From the human T2T-CHM13v2.0 reference genome, Homo sapiens: 64,000 nucleotides of DNA. How positions within the stretch are numbered: the stretch's first letter is position 1; the number at the start of each line of letters is the position of its first letter. Below, one piece after another: positions 25,701 through 40,700 of this stretch. The notes below the pieces were generated by a model. That model saw only the letters and a list, made by a program, of their open reading frames with translations, ran no database searches and had not been told where the DNA came from. Location: assembly GCF_009914755.1 (NCBI RefSeq), contig NC_060934.1. The stretch is one strand, 5' to 3'. Position numbers and translations under genes: made by a program.

Positions 25701-28700
25701 TCAGTCACTTCTTTGTGTTGTGTGTATTCAAGTCACAGAGTTGAACCTTCCTTTAGACAGAGCAGTTTTGAAAAATTCTTTCTGTGGAGTTTGCAAGTGG
25801 AGATTTCAAGCGATTTGAGGCTAATCTTTGAAATGGAAATATCTTCGTGTAAAAACTACACAGAATCATTCTCAGAAACTGCTTTGTCATCTGTGCGTTC
25901 AGTTCACAGAGTTTCACCTTTCTCTTCATAGAGCAGTTTGGAAAGACTCTGTCTGTAAAGTCTGCAAGTGATTAGTTAGACCCCTTTGAGGCCTTCGTTG
26001 GAAGCGGGATTTCTCATTTACTGCTAGACAGAAGAATTCTCAGTAAATCCTTTGTGTTGTGTGTATTCAACTCACAGAGTGGAACCTTCCTTTATTCAGA
26101 GCAGTTTTGAAAAACACTTTTTGTGGAATTTGCAAGTGGAGATTTCAAGCGATTTGACGCCAATCTTAGACATGGAAATATCTTCATATTAAAAGTACAC
26201 AGAGTCATTCGTAGAAACTAGTTTGTGATGTGTGCCTTCAACTCACAGAGTTTAACCTTTCTTTTCATAGAGCAGTTTGGAAACACTCTATTTGTAAAGT
26301 CTGCAAGTGGATATTTGGACCTCTTTGAGGCCTTCGTTGGAAACGGGATTTCTTCATACAACGCTAGACAGAAGAATTCTCAGTAACTTCTTTGTGTTGT
26401 GTGTATTCAACTCACAGAGTTGAACCTTTCTTTAGAGAGAGCAGAGTTGAAACACTCTGTTTTTGGAATTTGCAACTGCAGATTTCAAGCGATTCTTGGC
26501 CTATGGCAGAAAAGGAAATATCTTCGTATAAAAACTACACAGAATCATTCTCAACAACTACTTTGTGATGTGTGCGTTCAACTCACAGAGATTAACCTTT
26601 CTTTTCATAGAGCAGTTTGGAAACACTCTGTTTGTAAAGCCTGCAAGTGCTTTTTTGGACTTCATTGAGGCCTTCGTTGGAAACGGGATTTCTTCATGTA
26701 ATGCTAGACAGAAGAATTCTCAGTCACTTCTTTGTGTTGTGTGTATTCAAGTCACAGAGTTGAACCTTCCTTTAGACAGAGCAGTTTTGAAAAATTCTTT
26801 CTGTGGAGTTTGCAAGTGGAGATTTCAAGCGATTTGAGGCTAATCTTTGAAATGGAAATATCTTCGTGTAAAAACTACACAGAATCATTCTCAGAAACTG
26901 CTTTGTCATCTGTGCGTTCAGTTCACAGAGTTTCACCTTTCTCTTCATAGAGCAGTTTGGAAAGACTCTGTCTGTAAAGTCTGCAAGTGATTAGTTAGAC
27001 CCCTTTGAGGCCTTCGTTGGAAGCGGGATTTCTCATTTACTGCTAGACAGAAGAATTCTCAGTAAATCCTTTGTGTTGTGTGTATTCAACTCACAGAGTG
27101 GAACCTTCCTTTATTCAGAGCAGTTTTGAAACACTCTTTTTGTGGAATTTGCAAGTGGAGATTTCAAGCGATTTGACGCCAATCTTAGACATGGAAATAT
27201 CTTCATATTAAAAGTACACAGAGTCATTCGTAGAAAGTAGTTTGTGATGTGTGCCTTCAACTCACAGAGTTTAACCTTTCTTTTCATAGAGCAGTTGGGA
27301 AACACTCTATTTGTAAAGTCTGCAAGTGGATATTTGGACCTCTTTGAGGCCTTCGTTGGAAACGGGATTTCTTCATATAACGCTAGACAGAAGAATTCTC
27401 AGTAACTTCTTTGTGTTGTGTGTATTCAACTCACAGAGTTGAACCTTTCTTTAGAGGGAGCAGAGGTGAAACACTCTTTTTGTGGAATTTGCTAGTGTAG
27501 ATTTCAAACGCTTCGAAGACAGTGATAGAAAAGGATATATCTTCGTATTAAAAGTAGACAAAATCATTCTCAGAAAACTCTTTGTGATGTGTGTGTTCAA
27601 CTCACAGAGTTTAACCTTTCTTTAATCGAGCAGTTTGGAAATACACTCTTTGTAAGTCTGCAGATGGATATTTGGCCCTCTTTGAGCCCTTCGTTGGAAA
27701 CGGGATTTCCTCATATAATGCTAGACAGAAGAATTCTCAGTAACTTCTTTGTGTTGTTTGTATTCAACACACAGATTTGAACCTTCCTTTAGAGAGAGCA
27801 GATTTGAAACACTCTGTTTTTGGAATTTGCAAGTGCAGATTTCAAGCGCTTCTAGGCCTATGGCAGAAAAGGAAATATCTTCGTATAAAAACTACACAGA
27901 ATCATTCTCAACAACTACTTTGTGATGTGTGCGTTCAACTCACAGAGTTTAACCTTTCTTTTCATAGAGCAGTTTGGAAACACTCTGTTTGTAAAGCCTG
28001 CAAGTGCTTTTTTGGACTTCATTGAGGCCTTCGTTGGAAACGGGATTTCTTCATATAATGCTAGACAGAAGAATTCTCAGTCACTTCTTTGTGTTGTGTG
28101 TATTCAAGTCACAGAGTTGAACCTTCCTTTAGACAGAGCAGTTTTGAAAAATTCTTTCTGTGGAGTTTGCAAGTGGAGATTTCAAGCGATTTGAGGCTAA
28201 TCTTTGAAATGGAAATATCTTCGTGTAAAAACTACACAGAATCATTCTCAGAAACTGCTTTGTCATCTGTGCGTTCAGTTCACAGAGTTTCACCTTTCTC
28301 TTCATAGAGCAGTTTGGAAAGACTCTGTCTGTAAAGTCTGCAAGTGATTAGTTAGACCCCTTTGAGGCCTTCGTTGGAAGCGGGATTTCTCATTTACTGC
28401 TAGACAGAAGAATTCTCAGTAAATCCTTTGTGTTGTGTGTATTCAACTCACAGAGTGGAACCTTCCTTTATTCAGAGCAGTTTTGAAACACTCTTTTTGT
28501 GGAATTTGCAAGTGGAGATTTCAAGCGATTTGACGCCAATCTTAGACATGGAAATATCTTCATATTAAAAGTACACAGAGTCATTCGTAGAAACTAGTTT
28601 GTGATGTGTGCCTTCAACTCACAGAGTTTAACCTTTCTTTTCATAGAGCAGTTGGGAAACACTCTATTTGTAAAGTCTGCAAGTGGATATTTGGACCTCT

Positions 28701-31700
28701 TTGAGGCCTTCGTTGGAAACGGGATTTCTTCATATAACGCTAGACAGAAGAATTCTCAGTAACTTCTTTGTGTTGTGTGTATTCAACTCACAGAGTTGAA
28801 CCTTTCTTTAGAGGGAGCAGAGGTGAAACACTCTTTTTGTGGAATTTGCTAGTGTAGATTTCAAACGCTTCGAAGACAGTGATAGAAAAGGATATATCTT
28901 CGTATTAAAAGTAGACAAAATCATTCTCAGAAAACTCTTTGTGATGTGTGTGTTCAACTCACAGAGTTTAACCTTTCTTTAATCGAGCAGTTTGGAAATA
29001 CACTCTTTGTAAGTCTGCAGGTGGATATTTGGCCCTCTTTGAGCCCTTCGTTGGAAACGGGATTTCCTCATATAATGCTAGACAGAAGAATTCTCAGTAA
29101 CTTCTTTGTGTTGTTTGTATTCAACACACAGATTTGAACCTTCCTTTAGAGAGAGCAGATTTGAAGCACTCTGTTTTTGGAATTTGCAAGTGCAGATTTC
29201 AAGCGCTTCTAGGCCTATGGCAGAAAAGGAAATATCTTCGTATAAAAACTACACAGAATCATTCTCAACAACTACTTTGTGATGTGTGCGTTCAACTCAC
29301 AGAGTTTAACCTTTCTTTTCATAGAGCAGTTTGGAAACACTCTGTTTGTAAAGCCTGCAAGTGCTTTTTTGGACTTCATTGAGGCCTTCGTTGGAAACGG
29401 GATTTCTTCATATAATGCTAGACAGAAGAATTCTCAGTCACTTCTTTGTGTTGTGTGTATTCAAGTCACAGAGTTGAACCTTCCTTTAGACAGAGCAGTT
29501 TTGAAAAATTCTTTCTGTGGAGTTTGCAAGTGGAGATTTCAAGCGATTTGAGGCTAATCTTTGAAATGGAAATATCTTCGTGTAAAAACTACACAGAATC
29601 ATTCTCAGAAACTGCTTTGTCATCTGTGCGTTCAGTTCACAGAGTTTCACCTTTCTCTTCATAGAGCAGTTTGGAAAGACTCTGTCTGTAAAGTCTGCAA
29701 GTGATTAGTTAGACCCCTTTGAGGCCTTCGTTGGAAGCGGGATTTCTCATTTACTGCTAGACAGAAGAATTCTCAGTAAATCCTTTGTGTTGTGTGTATT
29801 CAACTCACAGAGTGGAACCTTCCTTTATTCAGAGCAGTTTTGAAAAACACTTTTTGTGGAATTTGCAAGTGGAGATTTCAAGCGATTTGACGCCAATCTT
29901 AGACATGGAAATATCTTCATATTAAAAGTACACAGAGTCATTCGTAGAAACTAGTTTGTGATGTGTGCCTTCAACTCACAGAGTTTAACCTTTCTTTTCA
30001 TAGAGCAGTTTGGAAACACTCTATTTGTAAAGTCTGCAAGTGGATATTTGGACCTCTTTGAGGCCTTCGTTGGAAACGGGATTTCTTCATACAACGCTAG
30101 ACAGAAGAATTCTCAGTAACTTCTTTGTGTTGTGTGTATTCAACTCACAGAGTTGAACCTTTCTTTAGAGAGAGCAGAGTTGAAACACTCTGTTTTTGGA
30201 ATTTGCAACTGCAGATTTCAAGCGATTCTTGGCCTATGGCAGAAAAGGAAATATCTTCGTATAAAAACTACACAGAATCATTCTCAACAACTACTTTGTG
30301 ATGTGTGCGTTCAACTCACAGAGTTTAACCTTTCTTTTCATAGAGCAGTTTGGAAACACTCTGTTTGTAAAGCCTGCAAGTGCTTTTTCGGACTTCATTG
30401 AGGCCTTCGTTGGAAACGGGATTTCTTCATGTAATGCTAGACAGAAGAATTCTCAGTCACTTCTTTGTGTTGTGTGTATTCAAGTCACAGAGTTGAACCT
30501 TCCTTTAGACAGAGCAGTTTTGAAAAATTCTTTCTGTGGAGTTTGCAAGTGGAGATTTCAAGCGATTTGAGGCTAATCTTTGAAATGGAAATATCTTCGT
30601 GTAAAAACTACACAGAATCATTCTCAGAAACTGCTTTGTCATCTGTGCGTTCAGTTCACAGAGTTTCACCTTTCTCTTCATAGAGCAGTTTGGAAAGACT
30701 CTGTCTGTAAAGTCTGCAAGTGATTAGTTAGACCCCTTTGAGGCCTTCGTTGGAAGCGGGATTTCTCATTTACTGCTAGACAGAAGAATTCTCAGTAAAT
30801 CCTTTGTGTTGTGTGTATTCAACTCACAGAGTGGAACCTTCCTTTATTCAGAGCAGTTTTGAAAAACACTTTTTGTGGAATTTGCAAGTGGAGATTTCAA
30901 GCGATTTGACGCCAATCTTAGACATGGAAATATCTTCATATTAAAAGTACACAGAGTCATTCGTAGAAACTAGTTTGTGATGTGTGCCTTCAACTCACAG
31001 AGTTTAACCTTTCTTTTCATAGAGCAGTTTGGAAACACTCTATTTGTAAAGTCTGCAAGTGGATATTTGGACCTCTTTGAGGCCTTCGTTGGAAACGGGA
31101 TTTCTTCATACAACGCTAGACAGAAGAATTCTCAGTAACTTCTTTGTGTTGTGTGTATTCAACTCACAGAGTTGAACCTTTCTTTAGAGAGAGCAGAGTT
31201 GAAACACTCTGTTTTTGGAATTTGCAACTGCAGATTTCAAGCGATTCTTGGCCTATGGCAGAAAAGGAAATATCTTCGTATAAAAACTACACAGAATCAT
31301 TCTCAACAACTACTTTGTGATGTGTGCGTTCAACTCACAGAGATTAACCTTTCTTTTCATAGAGCAGTTTGGAAACACTCTGTTTGTAAAGCCTGCAAGT
31401 GCTTTTTTGGACTTCATTGAGGCCTTCGTTGGAAACGGGATTTCTTCATGTAATGCTAGACAGAAGAATTCTCAGTCACTTCTTTGTGTTGTGTGTATTC
31501 AAGTCACAGAGTTGAACCTTCCTTTAGACAGAGCAGTTTTGAAAAATTCTTTCTGTGGAGTTTGCAAGTGGAGATTTCAAGCGATTTGAGGCTAATCTTT
31601 GAAATGGAAATATCTTCGTGTAAAAACTACACAGAATCATTCTCAGAAACTGCTTTGTCATCTGTGCGTTCAGTTCACAGAGTTTCACCTTTCTCTTCAT

Positions 31701-34700
31701 AGAGCAGTTTGGAAAGACTCTGTCTGTAAAGTCTGCAAGTGATTAGTTAGACCCCTTTGAGGCCTTCGTTGGAAGCGGGATTTCTCATTTACTGCTAGAC
31801 AGAAGAATTCTCAGTAAATCCTTTGTGTTGTGTGTATTCAACTCACAGAGTGGAACCTTCCTTTATTCAGAGCAGTTTTGAAACACTCTTTTTGTGGAAT
31901 TTGCAAGTGGAGATTTCAAGCGATTTGACGCCAATCTTAGACATGGAAATATCTTCATATTAAAAGTACACAGAGTCATTCGTAGAAACTAGTTTGTGAT
32001 GTGTGCCTTCAACTCACAGAGTTTAACCTTTCTTTTCATAGAGCAGTTTGGAAACACTCTATTTGTAAAGTCTGCAAGTGGATATTTGGACCTCTTTGAG
32101 GCCTTCGTTGGAAACGGGATTTCTTCATATAACGCTAGACAGAAGAATTCTCAGTAACTTCTTTGTGTTGTGTGTATTCAACTCACAGAGTTGAACCTTT
32201 CTTTAGAGGGAGCAGAGGTGAAACACTCTTTTTGTGGAATTTGCTAGTGTAGATTTCAAACGCTTCGAAGACAGTGATAGAAAAGGATGTATCTTCGTAT
32301 TAAAAGTAGACAAAATCATTCTCAGAAAACTCTTTGTGATGTGTGTGTTCAACTCACAGAGTTTAACCTTTCTTTAATCGAGCAGTTTGGAAATACACTC
32401 TTTGTAAGTCTGCAGGTGGATATTTGGCCCTCTTTGAGCCCTTCGTTGGAAACGGGATTTCCTCATATAATGCTAGACAGAAGAATTCTCAGTAACTTCT
32501 TTGTGTTGTTTGTATTCAACACACAGATTTGAACCTTCCTTTAGAGAGAGCAGATTTGAAACACTCTGTTTTTGGAATTTGCAAGTGCAGATTTCAAGCG
32601 CTTCTAGGCCTATGGCAGAAAAGGAAATATCTTCGTATAAAAACTACACAGAATCATTCTCAACAACTACTTTGTGATGTGTGCGTTCAACTCACAGAGT
32701 TTAACCTTTCTTTTCATAGAGCAGTTTGGAAACACTCTGTTTGTAAAGCCTGCAAGTGCTTTTTTGGACTTCATTGAGGCCTTCGTTGGAAACGGGATTT
32801 CTTCATATAATGCTAGACAGAAGAATTCTCAGTCACTTCTTTGTGTTGTGTGTATTCAAGTCACAGAGTTGAACCTTCCTTTAGACAGAGCAGTTTTGAA
32901 AAATTCTTTCTGTGGAGTTTGCAAGTGGAGATTTCAAGCGATTTGAGGCTAATCTTTGAAATGGAAATATCTTCGTGTAAAAACTACACAGAATCATTCT
33001 CAGAAACTGCTTTGTCATCTGTGCGTTCAGTTCACAGAGTTTCACCTTTCTCTTCATAGAGCAGTTTGGAAAGACTCTGTCTGTAAAGTCTGCAAGTGAT
33101 TAGTTAGACCCCTTTGAGGCCTTCGTTGGAAGCGGGATTTCTCATTTACTGCTAGACAGAAGAATTCTCAGTAAATCCTTTGTGTTGTGTGTATTCAACT
33201 CACAGAGTGGAACCTTCCTTTATTCAGAGCAGTTTTGAAAAACTCTTTTTGTGGAATTTGCAAGTGGAGATTTCAAGCGATTTGACGCCAATCTTAGACA
33301 TGGAAATGTCTTCATATTAAAAGTACACAGAGTCATTCGTAGAAACTAGTTTGTGATGTGTGCCTTCAACTCACAGAGTTTAACCTTTCTTTTCATAGAG
33401 CAGTTGGGAAACACTCTATTTGTAAAGTCTGCAAGTGGATATTTGGACCTCTTTGAGGCCTTCGTTGGAAACGGGATTTCTTCATACAACGCTAGAGAGA
33501 AGAATTCTCAGTAACTTCTTTGTGTTGTGTGTATTCAACTCACAGAGTTGAACCTTTCTTTAGAGAGAGCAGAGTTGAAACACTCTGTTTTTGGAATTTG
33601 CAAGTGCAGATTTCAAGCGCTTCTAGGCCTATGGCAGAAAAGGAAATATCTTCGTATAAAAACTACACAGAATCATTCTCAACAACTACTTTGTGATGTG
33701 TGCGTTCAACTCACAGAGTTTAACCTTTCTTTTCATAGAGCAGTTTGGAAACACTCTGTTTGTAAAGCCTGCAAGTGCTTTTTTGGACTTCATTGAGGCC
33801 TTCGTTGGAAACGGGATTTCTTCATGTAATGCTAGACAGAAGAATTCTCAGTCACTTCTTTGTGTTGTGTGTATTCAAGTCACAGAGTTGAACCTTCCTT
33901 TAGACAGAGCAGTTTTGAAAAATTCTTTCTGTGGAATTTGCAAGTGGAGATTTCAAGCGATTTGAGGCTAATCTTTGAAATGGAAATATCTTCGTGTAAA
34001 AACTACACAGAATCATTCTCAGAAACTGCTTTGTCATCTGTGCGTTCAGTTCACAGAGTTTCACCTTTCTCTTCATAGAGCAGTTTGGAAAGACTCTGTA
34101 AAGTCTGCAAGTGATTAGTTAGACCCCTTTGAGGCCTTCGTTGGAAGCGGGATTTCTCATTTACTGCTAGACAGAAGAATTCTCAGTAAATCCTTTGTGT
34201 TGTGTGTATTCAACTCACAGAGTGGAACCTTCCTTTATTCAGAGCAGTTTTGAAACACTCTTTTTGTGGAATTTGCAAGTGGAGATTTCAAGCGATTTGA
34301 CGCCAATCTTAGACATGGAAATATCTTCATATTAAAAGTACACAGAGTCATTCGTAGAAACTAGTTTGTGATGTGTGCCTTCAACTCACAGAGTTTAACC
34401 TTTCTTTTCATAGAGCAGTTGGGAAACACTCTATTTGTAAAGTCTGCAAGTGGATATTTGGACCTCTTTGAGGCCTTCGTTGGAAACGGGATTTCTTCAT
34501 ATAACGCTAGACAGAAGAATTCTCAGTAACTTCTTTGTGTTGTGTGTATTCAACTCACAGAGTTGAACCTTTCTTTAGAGGGAGCAGAGGTGAAACACTC
34601 TTTTTGTGGAATTTGCTAGTGTAGATTTCAAACGCTTCGAAGACAGTGATAGAAAAGGATATATCTTCGTATTAAAAGTAGACAAAATCATTCTCAGAAA

Positions 34701-37700
34701 ACTCTTTGTGATGTGTGTGTTCAACTCACAGAGTTTAACCTTTCTTTAATCGAGCAGTTTGGAAATACACTCTTTGTAAGTCTGCAGGTGGATATTTGGC
34801 CCTCTTTGAGCCCTTCGTTGGAAACGGGATTTCCTCATATAATGCTAGACAGAAGAATTCTCAGTAACTTCTTTGTGTTGTTTGTATTCAACACACAGAT
34901 TTGAACCTTCCTTTAGAGAGAGCAGATTTGAAACACTCTGTTTTTGGAATTTGCAAGTGCAGATTTCAAGCGCTTCTAGGCCTATGGCAGAAAAGGAAAT
35001 ATCTTCGTATAAAAACTACACAGAATCATTCTCAACAACTACTTTGTGATGTGTGCGTTCAACTCACAGAGTTTAACCTTTCTTTTCATAGAGCAGTTTG
35101 GAAACACTCTGTTTGTAAAGCCTGCAAGTGCTTTTTTGGACTTCATTGAGGCCTTCGTTGGAAACGGGATTTCTTCATATAATGCTAGACAGAAGAATTC
35201 TCAGTCACTTCTTTGTGTTGTGTGTATTCAAGTCACAGAGTTGAACCTTCCTTTAGACAGAGCAGTTTTGAAAAATTCTTTCTGTGGAGTTTGCAAGTGG
35301 AGATTTCAAGCGATTTGAGGCTAATCTTTGAAATGGAAATATCTTCGTGTAAAAACTACACAGAATCATTCTCAGAAACTGCTTTGTCATCTGTGCGTTC
35401 AGTTCACAGAGTTTCACCTTTCTCTTCATAGAGCAGTTTGGAAAGACTCTGTCTGTAAAGTCTGCAAGTGATTAGTTAGACCCCTTTGAGGCCTTCGTTG
35501 GAAGCGGGATTTCTCATTTACTGCTAGACAGAAGAATTCTCAGTAAATCCTTTGTGTTGTGTGTATTCAACTCACAGAGTGGAACCTTCCTTTATTCAGA
35601 GCAGTTTTGAAAAACACTTTTTGTGGAATTTGCAAGTGGAGATTTCAAGCGATTTGATGCCAATCTTAGACATGGAAATGTCTTCATATTAAAAGTACAC
35701 AGAGTCATTCGTAGAAACTAGTTTGTGATGTGTGCCTTCAACTCACAGAGTTTAACCTTTCTTTTCATAGAGCAGTTGGGAAACACTCTATTTGTAAAGT
35801 CTGCAAGTGGATATTTGGACCTCTTTGAGGCCTTCGTTGGAAACGGGATTTCTTCATATAACGCTAGACAGAAGAATTCTCAGTAACTTCTTTGTGTTGT
35901 GTGTATTCAACTCACAGAGTTGAACCTTTCTTTAGAGGGAGCAGAGGTGAAACACTCTTTTTGTGGAATTTGCTAGTGTAGATTTCAAACGCTTCGAAGA
36001 CAGTGATAGAAAAGGATATATCTTCGTATTAAAAGTAGACAAAATCATTCTCAGAAAACTCTTTGTGATGTGTGTGTTCAACTCACAGAGTTTAACCTTT
36101 CTTTAATCGAGCAGTTTGGAAATACACTCTTTGTAAGTCTGCAGGTGGATATTTGGCCCTCTTTGAGCCCTTCGTTGGAAACGGGATTTCCTCATATAAT
36201 GCTAGACAGAAGAATTCTCAGTAACTTCTTTGTGTTGTTTGTATTCAACACACAGATTTGAACCTTCCTTTAGAGAGAGCAGATTTGAAACACTCTGTTT
36301 TTGGAATTTGCAAGTGCAGATTTCAAGCGCTTCTAGGCCTATGGCAGAAAAGGAAATATCTTCGTATAAAAACTACACAGAATCATTCTCAACAACTACT
36401 TTGTGATGTGTGCGTTCAACTCACAGAGTTTAACCTTTCTTTTCATAGAGCAGTTTGGAAACACTCTGTTTGTAAAGCCTGCAAGTGCTTTTTTGGACTT
36501 CATTGAGGCCTTCGTTGGAAACGGGATTTCTTCATATAATGCTAGACAGAAGAATTCTCAGTCACTTCTTTGTGTTGTGTGTATTCAAGTCACAGAGTTG
36601 AACCTTCCTTTAGACAGAGCAGTTTTGAAAAATTCTTTCTGTGGAGTTTGCAAGTGGAGATTTCAAGCAATTTGAGGCTAATCTTTGAAATGGAAATATC
36701 TTCGTGTAAAAACTACACAGAATCATTCTCAGAAACTGCTTTGTCATCTGTGCGTTCAGTTCACAGAGTTTCACCTTTCTCTTCATAGAGCAGTTTGGAA
36801 AGACTCTGTCTGTAAAGTCTGCAAGTGATTAGTTAGACCCCTTTGAGGCCTTCGTTGGAAGCGGGATTTCTCATTTACTGCTAGACAGAAGAATTCTCAG
36901 TAAATCCTTTGTGTTGTGTGTATTCAACTCACAGAGTGGAACCTTCCTTTATTCAGAGCAGTTTTGAAAAACACTTTTTGTGGAATTTGCAAGTGGAGAT
37001 TTCAAGCGATTTGACGCCAATCTTAGACATGGAAATATCTTCATATTAAAAGTACACAGAGTCATTCGTAGAAACTAGTTTGTGATGTGTGCCTTCAACT
37101 CACAGAGTTTAACCTTTCTTTTCATAGAGCAGTTTGGAAACACTCTATTTGTAAAGTCTGCAAGTGGATATTTGGACCTCTTTGAGGCCTTCGTTGGAAA
37201 CGGGATTTCTTCATACAACGCTAGACAGAAGAATTCTCAGTAACTTCTTTGTGTTGTGTGTATTCAACTCACAGAGTTGAACCTTTCTTTAGAGAGAGCA
37301 GAGTTGAAACACTCTGTTTTTGGAATTTGCAACTGCAGATTTCAAGCGATTCTAGGCCTATGGCAGAAAAGGAAATATCTTCGTATAAAAACTACACAGA
37401 ATCATTCTCAACAACTACTTTGTGATGTGTGCGTTCAACTCACAGAGTTTAACCTTTCTTTTCATAGAGCAGTTTGGAAACACTCTGTTTGTAAAGCCTG
37501 CAAGTGCTTTTTTGGACTTCATTGAGGCCTTCGTTGGAAACGGGATTTCTTCATGTAATGCTAGACAGAAGAATTCTCAGTCACTTCTTTGTGTTGTGTG
37601 TATTCAAGTCACAGAGTTGAACCTTCCTTTAGACAGAGCAGTTTTGAAAAATTCTTTCTGTGGAGTTTGCAAGTGGAGATTTCAAGCGATTTGAGGCTAA

Positions 37701-40700
37701 TCTTTGAAATGGAAATATCTTCGTGTAAAAACTACACAGAATCATTCTCAGAAACTGCTTTGTCATCTGTGCGTTCAGTTCACAGAGTTTCACCTTTCTC
37801 TTCATAGAGCAGTTTGGAAAGACTCTGTCTGTAAAGTCTGCAAGTGATTAGTTAGACCCCTTTGAGGCCTTCGTTGGAAGCGGGATTTCTCATTTACTGC
37901 TAGACAGAAGAATTCTCAGTAAATCCTTTGTGTTGTGTGTATTCAACTCACAGAGTGGAACCTTCCTTTATTCAGAGCAGTTTTGAAACACTCTTTTTGT
38001 GGAATTTGCAAGTGGAGATTTCAAGCGATTTGACGCCAATCTTAGACATGGAAATATCTTCATATTAAAAGTACACAGAGTCATTCGTAGAAACTAGTTT
38101 GTGATGTGTGCCTTCAACTCACAGAGTTTAACCTTTCTTTTCATAGAGCAGTTGGGAAACACTCTATTTGTAAAGTCTGCAAGTGGATATTTGGACCTCT
38201 TTGAGGCCTTCGTTGGAAACGGGATTTCTTCATATAACGCTAGACAGAAGAATTCTCAGTAACTTCTTTGTGTTGTGTGTATTCAACTCACAGAGTTGAA
38301 CCTTTCTTTAGAGGGAGCAGAGGTGAAACACTCTTTTTGTGGAATTTGCTAGTGTAGATTTCAAACGCTTCGAAGACAGTGATAGAAAAGGATATATCTT
38401 CGTATTAAAAGTAGACAAAATCATTCTCAGAAAACTCTTTGTGATGTGTGTGTTCAACTCACAGAGTTTAACCTTTCTTTAATCGATCAGTTTGGAAATA
38501 CACTCTTTGTAAGTCTGCAGGTGGATATTTGGCCCTCTTTGAGCCCTTCGTTGGAAACGGGATTTCCTCATATAATGCTAGACAGAAGAATTCTCAGTAA
38601 CTTCTTTGTGTTGTTTGTATTCAACACACAGATTTGAACCTTCCTTTAGAGAGAGCAGATTTGAAACACTCTGTTTTTGGAATTTGCAAGTGCAGATTTC
38701 AAGCGCTTCTAGGCCTATGGCAGAAAAGGAAATATCTTCGTATAAAAACTACACAGAATCATTCTCAACAACTACTTTGTGATGTGTGCGTTCAACTCAC
38801 AGAGTTTAACCTTTCTTTTCATAGAGCAGTTTGGAAACACTCTGTTTGTAAAGCCTGCAAGTGCTTTTTTGGACTTCATTGAGGCCTTCGTTGGAAACGG
38901 GATTTCTTCATATAATGCTAGACAGAAGAATTCTCAGTCACTTCTTTGTGTTGTGTGTATTCAAGTCACAGAGTTGAACCTTCCTTTAGACAGAGCAGTT
39001 TTGAAAAATTCTTTCTGTGGAGTTTGCAAGTGGAGATTTCAAGCGATTTGAGGCTAATCTTTGAAATGGAAATATCTTCGTGTAAAAACTACACAGAATC
39101 ATTCTCAGAAACTGCTTTGTCATCTGTGCGTTCAGTTCACAGAGTTTCACCTTTCTCTTCATAGAGCAGTTTGGAAAGACTCTGTCTGTAAAGTCTGCAA
39201 GTGATTAGTTAGACCCCTTTGAGGCCTTCGTTGGAAGCGGGATTTCTCATTTACTGCTAGACAGAAGAATTCTCAGTAAATCCTTTGTGTTGTGTGTATT
39301 CAACTCACAGAGTGGAACCTTCCTTTATTCAGAGCAGTTTTGAAAAACACTTTTTGTGGAATTTGCAAGTGGAGATTTCAAGCGATTTGACGCCAATCTT
39401 AGACATGGAAATATCTTCATATTAAAAGTACACAGAGTCATTCGTAGAAACTAGTTTGTGATGTGTGCCTTCAACTCACAGAGTTTAACCTTTCTTTTCA
39501 TAGAGCAGTTTGGAAACACTCTATTTGTAAAGTCTGCAAGTGGATATTTGGACCTCTTTGAGGCCTTCGTTGGAAACGGGATTTCCTCATACAACGCTAG
39601 ACAGAAGAATTCTCAGTAACTTCTTTGTGTTGTGTGTATTCAACTCACAGAGTTGAACCTTTCTTTAGAGAGAGCAGAGTTGAAACACTCTGTTTTTGGA
39701 ATTTGCAACTGCAGATTTCAAGCGATTCTAGGCCTATGGCAGAAAAGGAAATATCTTCGTATAAAAACTACACAGAATCATTCTCAACAACTACTTTGTG
39801 ATGTGTGCGTTCAACTCACAGAGTTTAACCTTTCTTTTCATAGAGCAGTTTGGAAACACTCTGTTTGTAAAGCCTGCAAGTGCTTTTTTGGACTTCATTG
39901 AGGCCTTCGTTGGAAACGGGATTTCTTCATATAATGCTAGACAGAAGAATTCTCAGTCACTTCTTTGTGTTGTGTGTATTCAAGTCACAGAGTTGAACCT
40001 TCCTTTAGACAGAGCAGTTTTGAAAAATTCTTTCTGTGTAATTTGCAAGTGGAGATTTCAAGCGATTTGAGGCTAATCTTTGAAATGGAAATATCTTCGT
40101 GTAAAAACTACACAGAATCATTCTCAGAAACTGCTTTGTCATCTGTGCGTTCAGTTCACAGAGTTTCACCTTTCTCTTCATAGAGCAGTTTGGAAAGACT
40201 CTGTCTGTAAAGTCTGCAAGTGATTAGTTAGACCCCTTTGAGGCCTTCGTTGGAAGCGGGATTTCTCATTTACTGCTAGACAGAAGAATTCTCAGTAAAT
40301 CCTTTGTGTTGTGTGTATTCAACTCACAGAGTGGAACCTTCCTTTATTCAGAGCAGTTTTGAAACACTCTTTTTGTGGAATTTGCAAGTGGAGATTTCAA
40401 GCGATTTGACGCCAATCTTAGACATGGAAATATCTTCATATTAAAAGTACACAGAGTCATTCGTAGAAACTAGTTTGTGATGTGTGCCTTCAACTCACAG
40501 AGTTTAACCTTTCTTTTCATAGAGCAGTTGGGAAACACTCTATTTGTAAAGTCTGCAAGTGGATATTTGGACCTCTTTGAGGCCTTCGTTGGAAACGGGA
40601 TTTCTTCATATAACGCTAGACAGAAGAATTCTCAGTAACTTCTTTGTGTTGTGTGTATTCAACTCACAGAGTTGAACCTTTCTTTAGAGGGAGCAGAGGT

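Noticed and set aside
27111-27305. Minus-strand 64-aa ORF (also at 46453 and 59686)
   Set aside because: It arises from a single C>G change (AGAAAGTAG) that removes a stop codon, and is a duplication marker only.
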